This document shows positions 33,160 through 43,165 of a stretch of DNA of 64,000 nt, one piece after another (the first letter of the stretch is position 1; every line of letters starts with the position of its first letter). The notes under the pieces were generated by a model that was given only the letters and a program-made list of their open reading frames with translations, did not search any database and was not told where the DNA came from. This stretch comes from Endomicrobiales bacterium. Its GTDB lineage: Bacteria; Elusimicrobiota; Endomicrobiia; Endomicrobiales; CAWCFT01. The DNA lies in assembly GCA_963794945.1 (NCBI GenBank), contig CAWCFT010000003.1, forward strand, positions 1-64,000. Direction: 5' to 3'. The position numbers and the translations under genes were made by a program.

Positions 33160-34060
33160 ATGACGGACAATACAGAACATTAAAGAAATTTTTGACATAG
33201 TGTTCAGGATTTTCAAGCTAGACTGCCGATCATACAATGAATCTTATATGCACAGGCGCGTCAACGCGAGGATCATGGCGAACAATATCGCGCCTGATGA
33301 TTTTGGTTCCTACGCGGAACTGTTGCTTTCGAGCAGGGAAGAACAAAGAAGTCTCTATGATGCTCTTACAATAAACGTTACGCAGTTTTTCAGGGACATA
33401 AAGCTTTGGGATTTTATTAAGAATGATATCATCCCGAAAACAATCGAATACAAAAAAGTCAGGTCCGAAAAAGCTATTCAGATATGGTCTTGCGGAAGTT
33501 CTTCCGGAGAAGAGGCCTATTCGCTAGCCATCCTGTTAAGGGAGGCCCTAGGCGAGCGCAAAGATATAGTGCCTAGTATAATAGGCACAGATATTGACGA
33601 GCTTTCTCTCTCAAAGGCCAACGAGGCTGTTTACGATATAAACGCCTTCAAGAGCATGCCGCAGGAGTATTTCAAAAAGTATTTTAAACCTGTCACGATA
33701 AAAGGGGCAGAAAAATATACTCTTGATAGCTCAGTCAAACCGATTGTCCAGTTTAGGCGTAGTAATTTTTTAAGCGATGCGCCTCCCTTAAAAAACGCCG
33801 ACATGATATTTTGCAGGAATGTCATTATATACTTTACTCCTGCCGCGAAGGACAAGTTGATGAACGCGTTTTACCAGACCCTATCTGACTGCGGATGCCT
33901 GGTGCTTGGTAAATCAGAAGTTCTCTTTACTACAAAAATGCAACAACGTTTTTATCTATACAACGTCGAAGAAAGAATTTACCGCAAAGAGCGGAGAAAA
34001 AACCAAGTTAAAGTAGACATTGAAAGACGAAAGAACTGGTGGATTGGCTATCCAAAATAA
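33160..34060 (+). CDS. cheR: Chemotaxis methyltransferase CheR (probable 5' frameshift near 33169)
   Basis: LTINVTQFFRD, IWSCGSSSGEEAYSLA, GTDID, IFCRNVIIYF. Confidence 0.95.
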
Positions 34061-34102
34061 TATTTTCATAGATAAATAAATCACTAACCAGGAGCTCTCC
34101 CA

Positions 34103-34474
34103 ATGGCAAAGATCCTAATTGTTGACGATTCAAAATTCATGCGCCTTACATTGAAGAACGTGCTTGAAAAGCAGTTTAACGGCCTGCACACAGTAGTTGG
34201 TGAAGCCAGTACGGCTCAAGAGGCGGTAGAAAAATTCCTCCAGCTCAGACCTGACCTGATAACGATGGACATAATAATGCCAGAAGAATCCGGCCTTGAG
34301 GCAGTAAAAAAAATAGTCGCGCACAACCCAAACGCTAAGATAATCATGGTTTCCGCAATGGGTCAGGAGAAGATCGTTGAAGAAGCGATAGCTTTAGGCG
34401 CGAAGTCGTTCGTGGTTAAACCGGTGAAGACCGACGACCTGATAAAAACTGTCGAGAAAGTGCTGGGAGCCTGA
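34103..34474 (+). CDS. cheY: Single-domain response regulator CheY
   Basis: ILIVDDSKFMR, MDIIMP, MVSAMGQ, VKP (Firmicutes/Thermotoga/archaeal-type CheY). Confidence 0.93.
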   Translation: MAKILIVDDSKFMRLTLKNVLEKQFNGLHTVVGEASTAQEAVEKFLQLRPDLITMDIIMPEESGLEAVKKIVAHNPNAKIIMVSAMGQEKIVEEAIALGAKSFVVKPVKTDDLIKTVEKVLGA

Positions 34475-34479
34475 CATTT

Positions 34480-36093
34480 ATGATAAAACTGCTCATCGTT
34501 GATGATTCGACTTTCATGCGTAAGGCATTCAAGCATATGGTGACCTCCGACCCCGAGATCGAGGTAATAGGTGAAGCCGGGGACGGGAAAGAGGCTATGG
34601 ATAAGGTACTTACGCTTAAGCCTGATGTTGTTACTATGGATCTCATAATGCCTGGAGTTGACGGGCTGTGGGCTCTAGAAGAGATAATGAAACAAAGACC
34701 GACCCCGGTAGTTATTGTAAGTTCTGTTGGGACGAAGACATCTGAGATCACAAAAGAAGCATTTGCGATGGGTGTTGTTGATGTATTGTGCAAGCCCGAC
34801 AACCCGCAAAATATCGCTGTTATCCAGAAAGAATTCATTGAAACAATAAAAGCTGCATCCAGGGTGAGCAGGATGCGGCTTCTTGAATATAAATCGACGG
34901 CCATCGCAAAAAAAACCTCATCAACATTGATGGCGCATCAGGTAGTAGTAATAGCCACTTCGGCCGGCGGCCCGACATCTCTATACGAAGTTATGCCTCG
35001 GTTCTCTAACAATTTCTACGGATCTGTCGTAATCGCCCAGCATATGCCGCCCCAATTCATGACCTCTTTTGTGGGGCATATCCAGACAATGACTCCTTTC
35101 CCTGTAAAGATATCTGAAAAGGGTGACCTGCTTTATTCAAGAAGAGTGCTTTTTTCACCCACGGATTCCACCCTGGAAGTGCACAGAACCAAAAAGGGTT
35201 GTATCGCCGATATGGTTGATTTTAAAGTGCGGCTGCAGCCGGATATAAACCACGTGATAATTTCCTGCGCCGAGGCTTTTAAATCCTCAACTGTTCTTGT
35301 AGTACTTTCCGGGTTGGGTAATGACGGAGTGAAGGGAGCGGAAGCGGTCAGGAGCTATGGCGGTAAGGTGATAGTAGAGGACGAATCAACAGCGAGCGTA
35401 TATTCAGGGATGCCTTCGAATGTTGTAAGGTCCGGAAATTATGACATCTTGTGCCCGTCGTACAAAATTGCCGAGGCTATTGAGAGCTGTCTGGCGAACA
35501 AACCGTTTAAGCAGGACAAGAAGGAGTTCATGGTCAAAGGGATAGTAATAAGGAACGCGTTGCAGTTCATTAAAAATAAATTTTCGCAGGAAACAGCGGA
35601 TAAAATAGTTTTAATGCTTACAGAGGAGAACCGTGTTCTTATAACAAGTAATCTGAAACAGTACAACTACTATTCAAGCACAATTTATTACGATCTATAT
35701 CAGAAGATCCAGAATACGCTTGGCGCGACTTCAACGGGGATACTTGAGGAATTGGGCGAAGAGAACGCACGCGAGTGTATAGAATCATACAAGACTGCTC
35801 TGGCACTTTCGTCTCTGTCAGATTTCGACACGTTCTTGAAAGGTCTTTATAAGATTATATTTCCCGGTATATCAAGCGATCACCTGGAAATAAAAACAGA
35901 AATGAAATCAGCGTCCTACATTCTTAGGAGCGGCGGCTATAACGAAGAGAACATAAAAATATCAGAAAAGACCGTAAAAGGCTGGCTAAACTATATCACA
36001 AAATACTTAAAACTAAATTTGGTCTCGAGCTCCTGCACGGGGGCGAAAGATGAGAACGGTATCAAGATCACATGCGAATTTAACTGGAAATGA
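34480..36093 (+). CDS. cheB: Chemotaxis methylesterase CheB with a ~190-aa extra C-terminal domain
   Basis: REC domain; catalytic triad ATSAGGP, QHMP, GNDG; additional domain starting MVKGIVIR. Confidence 0.92.
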   Translation: MIKLLIVDDSTFMRKAFKHMVTSDPEIEVIGEAGDGKEAMDKVLTLKPDVVTMDLIMPGVDGLWALEEIMKQRPTPVVIVSSVGTKTSEITKEAFAMGVVDVLCKPDNPQNIAVIQKEFIETIKAASRVSRMRLLEYKSTAIAKKTSSTLMAHQVVVIATSAGGPTSLYEVMPRFSNNFYGSVVIAQHMPPQFMTSFVGHIQTMTPFPVKISEKGDLLYSRRVLFSPTDSTLEVHRTKKGCIADMVDFKVRLQPDINHVIISCAEAFKSSTVLVVLSGLGNDGVKGAEAVRSYGGKVIVEDESTASVYSGMPSNVVRSGNYDILCPSYKIAEAIESCLANKPFKQDKKEFMVKGIVIRNALQFIKNKFSQETADKIVLMLTEENRVLITSNLKQYNYYSSTIYYDLYQKIQNTLGATSTGILEELGEENARECIESYKTALALSSLSDFDTFLKGLYKIIFPGISSDHLEIKTEMKSASYILRSGGYNEENIKISEKTVKGWLNYITKYLKLNLVSSSCTGAKDENGIKITCEFNWK

Positions 36094-36140
36094 TGTAAGC
36101 AGCAGGCTAAGCGTTAACGGTTGATAACAGGGCAAATATT

Positions 36141-37937
36141 ATGGATGAGATGGATCTGTCTCAATTTAAAGAAGTCTTCGTTTCTGAATCTAAAGAGCAT
36201 CTCGTGGCCCTTAATGCCGCTCTTATAGAACTAGAAAAGAGGCCTTCGAATAAAGAAGTCTTGAACGACATTTTCAGGGTGGCCCACACGCTCAAGGGGA
36301 TGTCAGCGACGATGGGTTACGATAAATTAACCAATCTCGCACATCATATGGAAGATGTTCTGGACAGCTTGCGCAAGGGCGAAGCACAGGCCAAGGGCAA
36401 CATTGTAGATGTGATCTTTGAATGTTTTGACAAGATTGAAAGCCTGATAGAGGAAATAGAGACCGGTGTCGAATCTAAAGCTGACATAGACGGGCTCGTG
36501 GCTAGATTAGAGGGACTTATAAGCGAAGAAGAAGTTAAGCCGCAGGAGCCAAAAGCTCAGCCAGAGCCGCAAACTGTCCCGGCACAGACACAGACGACGC
36601 AACCTCAACCACAATCGCTTGCCAAGGAACAAATACAAACGCCGACACCTCAGCCTGTCCCTGAGCAAAAACAAACTCAGCCTCAGTCTGCGGCGCAGGA
36701 ATCGCAGGCGATGGCAAAAGCGCCCGAAGAGGAAGCCAAAAGCACCGATGAAATCGAAGCGACAGCAGGCGCGGCCGGCAAGAAATCTAAGACCAGCATC
36801 AGAATTAATATTTCCCACCTTGATAAAATGATGAACTTAGTTGGGGAAATGGTTATAAGTAAGTCTCAGCTTGAGCAGATAGCTGTTGTTCACGGCATCG
36901 AAGAACTTAAGGAAACACTCCAGCAGCTTGATAGAATAGCGGTTGAGCTGCAGGAAGCTGTGTTGAAAACCCGCATGGTTCCGTTATCGCAGATATTCGA
37001 CAGGTATCCGCGCATGGCAAGGGACCTCGCGCTTAAGCTCGGCAAAGAAGTAGAGTTTGAGATAATCGGAGCGGACATTGAAATAGACCGCATGCTGATT
37101 GAAGAGATCAATGAGCCTCTTGTGCATCTTCTGCGAAACGCGCTTGATCACGGCATAGAAACTCCGGAAAAACGTCTTGAGGCCGGAAAACCTCGGAAGG
37201 GGAAGGTGGTCCTTTCAGCGAGGAGAGAACGCGGGTATATATCCATAAATGTTTCAGACGATGGCAAGGGTCTCGATCCGGAGCAAATAAGACGAAAAAG
37301 CGTTGAAAAAGGAATATTAACCGCTGAAGAAGCCAAGGCGACAAGTGATGAAGATTCATTTCTTGTGATTTGCGACCCCAGGTTTACAACCGCCGAAAAG
37401 ATCACTGATATTTCCGGGCGCGGCGTTGGAATGGACGTGGTAAAAAATGCGATAGAATCTTTCGCGGGCAGGCTGGTAATTAATTCTAAAAAAGGCGAAG
37501 GCTCATCGTTTACTGTAAATCTTCCTTTAAGCATCGCCATAATTACATCTTTGCTTGTGAAAGTAAAAACAGAGATCTATGCCATACCGCTTAATAATAT
37601 TACAGAAGTCGTCCCATTCTCTCAAAACGACGTAAAAAGCATAGAAAAACGCGAGGTAATTGTGCTCAGGGACGAAGTATTGCCGCTCGTTTGGCTTGAA
37701 AAACTGCTCGGGGTAAGCGCTCACCCTGAAACTAAGCAGAGCGCAAACAGATATATACTCAGGGTGGAGATCGGCAACAAGTCGGTCGGGCTTGTAGTAG
37801 ATAATTTTATAGGTAGAAAAGAAATAGTGATAAAATCTTTGAGCGGTCTCATTAAGAAAGCCAAAGGTTTTTCAGGAGCAACGATTCTTGGCGATGGTTC
37901 TGTTGTTTTAATACTTGACGTAAATTCGTTGTTTTAA
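36141..37937 (+). CDS. cheA: Chemotaxis histidine kinase CheA (P2 replaced by a Q/P/E-rich linker)
   Basis: Hpt FRVAHTLKGMS, LVHLLRNALDHGIE, DDGKG, SGRGVGMDVVK, C-terminal CheW-like domain. Confidence 0.97.
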   Translation: MDEMDLSQFKEVFVSESKEHLVALNAALIELEKRPSNKEVLNDIFRVAHTLKGMSATMGYDKLTNLAHHMEDVLDSLRKGEAQAKGNIVDVIFECFDKIESLIEEIETGVESKADIDGLVARLEGLISEEEVKPQEPKAQPEPQTVPAQTQTTQPQPQSLAKEQIQTPTPQPVPEQKQTQPQSAAQESQAMAKAPEEEAKSTDEIEATAGAAGKKSKTSIRINISHLDKMMNLVGEMVISKSQLEQIAVVHGIEELKETLQQLDRIAVELQEAVLKTRMVPLSQIFDRYPRMARDLALKLGKEVEFEIIGADIEIDRMLIEEINEPLVHLLRNALDHGIETPEKRLEAGKPRKGKVVLSARRERGYISINVSDDGKGLDPEQIRRKSVEKGILTAEEAKATSDEDSFLVICDPRFTTAEKITDISGRGVGMDVVKNAIESFAGRLVINSKKGEGSSFTVNLPLSIAIITSLLVKVKTEIYAIPLNNITEVVPFSQNDVKSIEKREVIVLRDEVLPLVWLEKLLGVSAHPETKQSANRYILRVEIGNKSVGLVVDNFIGRKEIVIKSLSGLIKKAKGFSGATILGDGSVVLILDVNSLF

Positions 37938-37969
37938 GTGCGGGAAAACATATTCTCGCCAGGTTATAA

Positions 37970-38737
37970 ATGATGATAAAGCGTGTATTGCTTGTTGACG
38001 ATGATGAAGGTGTTCTGGCTCTTCTCTCGGCTACATTGGAAAGAGCGGGTTACGGCACATCCGGGGTGGAGAACGGGAAGCAGGCCCTAAACAAGCTTAG
38101 TGAAGAATTTTTTCCGGTCATAATTTCGGATATCATGATGCCGGATATGGATGGCTTGACGTTACTTAAACGGGTCAAAGAAATAAATCCTGACATTCAG
38201 GTAATAATGGTAACCGCACATGCGACCGTAGATGTTGCGATTACGGCACTGAGAAATTCGGCCACAAGCTTTTTAAAAAAGCCGTTCGATCCGGACGACC
38301 TGGTTTCGCAGACAGGGCAGGCATTTGAAAAATACAGGCTTCTTGAAGATAATAGAAAACTTATAGCTGAGCTCAGGTACGCAAAAGAATATAATGAGAA
38401 GATAATAGAGAACCTTGTGTATACGTTGATCGTTATCGATGAACAAGGTAAAATAGTGAAGATAAACAGGGCGCTGGAAGATATGCTTGGCTACTCGCAA
38501 AAAGATGTAGCCGGCGCGCCTCTCTCAAAGATATTTGCGGATGAACTCAAGAATACAAGCTGGGAAGAACTCGCTAAAGAAAAAAAGCTTGAAGACTTTC
38601 CGGTTGAATTCATTGCCAGAGACGGAAACAAGATAAAAGCTCTATTCACAGGCACTATAATAAAGGGACCTGATGGAAATGTGGCGGGTTTTATCGGGAC
38701 CACAAAAAACATCAAAGATAAGGCAGACTTAAAATGA
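37970..38737 (+). CDS. Response regulator with C-terminal PAS domain and no output domain
   Basis: REC (LLVDDD, SDIMMP, KKP), coiled coil, PAS (IDEQGKIVKINRA..MLGYS). Confidence 0.88.
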   Translation: MMIKRVLLVDDDEGVLALLSATLERAGYGTSGVENGKQALNKLSEEFFPVIISDIMMPDMDGLTLLKRVKEINPDIQVIMVTAHATVDVAITALRNSATSFLKKPFDPDDLVSQTGQAFEKYRLLEDNRKLIAELRYAKEYNEKIIENLVYTLIVIDEQGKIVKINRALEDMLGYSQKDVAGAPLSKIFADELKNTSWEELAKEKKLEDFPVEFIARDGNKIKALFTGTIIKGPDGNVAGFIGTTKNIKDKADLK

Positions 38738-40960
38738 ACGATACAATATTCTCGCTTGATATTGGAACAAGGAAGATCGGGATATTCGCTACCAGGCACT
38801 ACGATGATTATGCTGAGGTCCTGGTCAACAAGATCGTAGAACATAAGAGCAGGGCTGTCCGCGCGGGGCAGATCCATGATATTGATAAGGTAGCTGCGCT
38901 GGTTTCGGAGATAAAGGCAGTTGTTGAAAAAGAGAGTGGTCTTGAAGTTAAAAAAGTTGCGACGGCCATCGCGGGCAGGAATCTTAAATCAATGAGAGCA
39001 GTTGGTGAAATCAAATTTGACGCGTCGCGTGAGATAACTGAAAGCGAGCTGCGCCAGGTTGAGCTCTCTGCGATCCAGGATGCCATCAACCGTTCGCAGG
39101 ATGAAATAGACGATTACCTTTTTGTCGGGTATACAGTCGTTTCCTGGCAGCTTGACGGGGAAGACATGACAAACCCGTTGAACCATTATGCGAACAGTCT
39201 GCGGACCAATATCATTACCACTTTTCTTCCCAAAAAGGTGTTAGAAAGTCTTTTTGCGGTGATAAAAAAAGCAGGCCTTGAGATATCGTATCTTACGCTT
39301 GAACCCATAGCCGCGGCCGAGGCCGTGCTTCCCGCGGAAATGAGGCATATACCGCTCGTTTTGGTAGACATCGGAGCCGGTACGTCTGACATCGCTATTG
39401 TCTCAAGGGGAAGCATTCAGTCTTTCGGCATGATACCTTCGGCTGGCGATTTCATGACTGAATATATCTGCGGTGAGATGCTGGTAGATTTTATCGAAGC
39501 GGAAAGGATAAAACGTGAGTTTGGCAGTGATACCGGCGCCGAATCTGACGATACCCGGACCATCAAGTATAAAGACATATTTTCCAGAGAATACGAAAAA
39601 AGCTTTAAAGAGATACGCGAACTTACGGCTCCTGCGGTTAAAGAACTCTCTGAAAAGATCGCTTCTGAAATAAAGACCCTGGTGTCCAGCCCCGACGTTG
39701 CGTTAAAGAATTATGCGGTCGTGCTTGTGGGAGGTGGAAGCCTTACGTATGGGCTCGTGTCTCGCCTGGCTGCCACACTAGGCATCCCTGAAAACCGCGT
39801 GGGCCTGCGTTCGCCGGCCATGGTTAACAGGTTCATACTTAATCTTCAACTAATAAAAGACCTACAGCTTAACGAGGCAGGCAGTTACAGCCTCAATAAT
39901 GTATTTGGGCCGCAAACGGCTGTACTGCTGGGGGTTTCGTGCCTATCAGCAAAAATGCCAGCCGCGGCACTAATTCATGTGACGATAAACGACAAAAAAT
40001 CTGAAATAATAAATTTTAAGGAAGGCGGATTAACAGTCATTTCGGCGCTTGTAGCTGAAGGTATCAACAGGCAAAAGATCACCGGCAGGGTCGGTCTTGC
40101 AAAGATATTCTCCTTGAATGGAGTTCAAAGGGTCATTAAAGGGAAACTTCCGGAGCCGGCCAGGATAATAGTTAACGGTGAGCCAGCCGGAATAAATACC
40201 CTGCTTAAAGAAGGCGACAGGATAGAGTTTTTCCAGGCCTCAGACGGCAATGACGCCCGCGTGAGGGTCGCTGATATTCTGCCCCCGCCGGAAACATTTT
40301 TATTTAATCAAAAGCTTTTAAGCTTCCCGGTCAAAGTTACTATAAACGGACAGAGTGCAGTACTAGAAGAAGAAATCCCCGACAACGCGAAGATCGAGAT
40401 CGTAAATGATTATTCGTTATCATCCGCTCTCGTTGTGGCGGGCGTAGCGCCAGAGAACCTTATGGAGCAGACCGTCTCATTTGATGTTCTGGGGCAAAAG
40501 ATTGAAAAAAAGGTCAGGAACTGCATTTTGAAGGTCAATGGGAAAGAGTTTGTTGGCCCGAGTGACATCATTAACGCCACTATCAGCCCATGCGACGGTA
40601 TAATATGTGAAAATATCAGAACCGGCGATAAGAGCTGGAGAACTTGTTGCGGTACCGGGCAAGGGAAGGGACCTCAGGATAAAAATTAACACCGAAGAAT
40701 TTATTTTCCCTGGATCGCACGGAAAAATATTGTTGAACGGCAGAGAAGTTTCGGAAGAGACCGAAGTCAACGACGGGGATATTTTGCGTACTATGTCAGG
40801 CCGCGACGCGGAGGCGGTGCTAGTAGATATTTTTCGCTATATATCACTTGAACCGCGCGACACAGCAGGCAAACGCCTTAAGTTGCTGGTAAACCAGCAG
40901 GAAGCGAATTTCACGACGCCGTTGAGTCATGATGCGGATGTTAAGATCAGTTTTGAGTGA
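38734..40960 (+). CDS. FtsA/PilM-like actin-fold ATPase with C-terminal ThiS/ubiquitin-like repeats (frameshift near 40620)
   Basis: LDIGTRKI, LEPIAA, VDIGAGTSD and VGGGS actin motifs; repeated (I/V)NG...L..GD.I beta-grasp units that continue into ORF 40607-40960. Confidence 0.85.
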
Positions 40961-40968
40961 GGGTTTAA

Positions 40969-41589
40969 ATGAAAAACATGACATTTTCAGAGATCCAGGT
41001 AGACGCGATAAAAGAAATATGCAGCATAGCCTCCGGGACCGCTGCGGGTGCTCTCTCGCAGATCCTCAACAAAAAGATAACCATGAAAGTGCCTGAGATA
41101 AAGATAGTGCCTATAGAGGTCGCTGTCGACACAATGGGCGACCCGAATTCAATAGTGGCCGGCGTATATTCAAGGCTTATGGGAGACTTTAGTGGCGGGC
41201 TTCTGCTTACTTTTCCAAGAGAAGACGTGATAATGCTGGTCGATAAACTCACAGGCAGTGAAGTCAAGGTTCATAGCTTAAGCGAATTGGACGTTTCCGC
41301 TGTGTCGGAAGTGGGTAACATTATTGCCGCTTCTTTTGTCTCGGCTATAGCGAAAATTATCAATAAAACTATTCTTATCTCGGTTCCAAAGCTAGCTTTT
41401 GACATGATGGGCGCGATAGTTGATTTCATACTTATAGAGCTCGCGGAAAACGCCGAGCAGGCCTTAATAATGAAAATTGAATTCGAAGATGTGCCAAGGA
41501 CTATATCAGGGCATTTTTTCATTATTCCGAACCCGGGCTCACTCGAGATGCTCCTAAACAGCATAGAATTATACCATCCGGGCAAATGA
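40969..41589 (+). CDS. cheC: CheY-P phosphatase CheC, copy 1
   Basis: DAIKEICSIASGTAAGALS and SAVSEVGNI repeats; only the second has an intact ExxN. Confidence 0.9.
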   Translation: MKNMTFSEIQVDAIKEICSIASGTAAGALSQILNKKITMKVPEIKIVPIEVAVDTMGDPNSIVAGVYSRLMGDFSGGLLLTFPREDVIMLVDKLTGSEVKVHSLSELDVSAVSEVGNIIAASFVSAIAKIINKTILISVPKLAFDMMGAIVDFILIELAENAEQALIMKIEFEDVPRTISGHFFIIPNPGSLEMLLNSIELYHPGK

Positions 41590-41596
41590 TTCATGG

Positions 41597-42232
41597 ATGA
41601 AAGCAGTTTACTATAGGATGGACGATATTATGAGAGAAGATATTCGAACAGACGCGTTGCTCGAAGTTACAAATGTTGGCGCCGGGCAGGCCGCGACCGC
41701 GCTTTCCAGGATGCTCCAGAAAAAAGTCTTGATAACGGTGCCGAGCCTGAAGCTCATGCCGATAGAAGAAATACCAAAAGCTCTGGCAGGCACCGAGTCT
41801 ACGGTAATAGGCATATACTTTTATATGGTGGGCGATCTTACAGGCCGCATCCTGCTCGTGTTTGAAAAGGACAGCGGCCACAGGTTGGCGTCTCTGATCA
41901 CCGGAGATGAAAATTTGAAGGCCGGCCAACTAGACGAGATGGGCAGGTCGGCAATGATGGAGATGGGTAACATTATAACCAATTCATATCTTAACGGCCT
42001 AGCGGGACTTATGGATATAACACTCTTCCCGTCCGTGCCGTATCTCGCCGAAGATGTTCTGGGTGCGGTGATCGATACACTGCTGATTGAGATATCGATG
42101 GTTGCTGATAAAGCCTTGCTCATTGATACGCAGATATCGATAGAGAATGAAAACCTTAACGGAAGCTTTCTGGTGTTCCCTGATGAAGAATTCATGAACA
42201 AGATATATGCTAAACTTGGCCTGTTAAGATAA
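41597..42232 (+). CDS. cheC: CheY-P phosphatase CheC, copy 2
   Basis: DALLEVTNVGAGQAATALS and SAMMEMGNI. Confidence 0.92.
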   Translation: MKAVYYRMDDIMREDIRTDALLEVTNVGAGQAATALSRMLQKKVLITVPSLKLMPIEEIPKALAGTESTVIGIYFYMVGDLTGRILLVFEKDSGHRLASLITGDENLKAGQLDEMGRSAMMEMGNIITNSYLNGLAGLMDITLFPSVPYLAEDVLGAVIDTLLIEISMVADKALLIDTQISIENENLNGSFLVFPDEEFMNKIYAKLGLLR

Positions 42233-42264
42233 TAATCTGTTAAAAAGGAGTGTATTTAAATAAT

Positions 42265-42747
42265 ATGGAAACAGTTTGCGTAAATATAGCGGAATATGCG
42301 GTCATCAAAGCTCCGGCGACGATAGAGACTAGGAGCCTTGGCTCGTGTGTGGGCATAATACTGTACGATATTGTATCAAAGATCGGAGGCCTCGCTCACA
42401 TAATGTTGCCAGATTCCAAAAAAGTGAGCATTGGCGGTAAGCCGGGCAAATATGCCGATATCGCCATAGAACTAATGCTAAATAAGATGGTAGAGATGGG
42501 GGCGAACAGGAACAATGTCATCGCAAAAATGGCCGGTGGCGCTTGTATGTTCACAGGAACCAATATTTCCGATTTTATGAATATTGGGTTAAGAAATGTA
42601 ACCGCGATAAAAAGTATCCTTAAAGAATTCAAGATCAACCTTATAGCTGAAGATTGCGGGGGTTCTCATGGACGGACGATAGAATTCCATTCCGATACGG
42701 GAAAACTTGTAATAAAATCTTCTATGGCACCGACAAAAGAGATTTAA
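42265..42747 (+). CDS. cheD: Chemoreceptor glutamine deamidase CheD
   Basis: LGSCVG, GGLAHIMLP, KYAD, AKMAGGA, IGLRN, EDCGGSHGRT. Confidence 0.96.
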   Translation: METVCVNIAEYAVIKAPATIETRSLGSCVGIILYDIVSKIGGLAHIMLPDSKKVSIGGKPGKYADIAIELMLNKMVEMGANRNNVIAKMAGGACMFTGTNISDFMNIGLRNVTAIKSILKEFKINLIAEDCGGSHGRTIEFHSDTGKLVIKSSMAPTKEI

Positions 42748-42756
42748 AGAGGCCTT

Positions 42757-43122
42757 ATGGCGAAGATACTTATAGCAGATGATTCGGACATGATGAGAAA
42801 GATAGCGAAAATGACCGTAGCGAAGGGCGGCTACGAAGTTGTTGAGGCTGCCAACGGCGCGCAGGCTGTTGAGGTCGCGGTTAAGGAGTTGCCGCAGCTG
42901 ATATTGCTTGATGCAGAAATGCCGGAAATGGATGGCTGGGAAGCAAGCAAGGCCATAAAAGCAAATCCCATTACAGCGAGTATACCTATTCTTATCTGTA
43001 CGGGGCATGATCTGAGCGACGAGGCCGAACTTTTAAAGGAATCCGGCGTGAGCGGGTATATCACTAAACCTTACAATCCATCGCAAATGATAACGAAGAT
43101 CAAGGAAGTGCTCGGACAATAA
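42757..43122 (+). CDS. Single-domain response regulator (second CheY-like)
   Basis: ILIADDS, LLDAEMP, CTG, TKP. Confidence 0.9.
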   Translation: MAKILIADDSDMMRKIAKMTVAKGGYEVVEAANGAQAVEVAVKELPQLILLDAEMPEMDGWEASKAIKANPITASIPILICTGHDLSDEAELLKESGVSGYITKPYNPSQMITKIKEVLGQ

Positions 43123-43165
43123 GGTCAAAGCAAATTTCGACAAGCGTTAACGGAGGTACGATATT

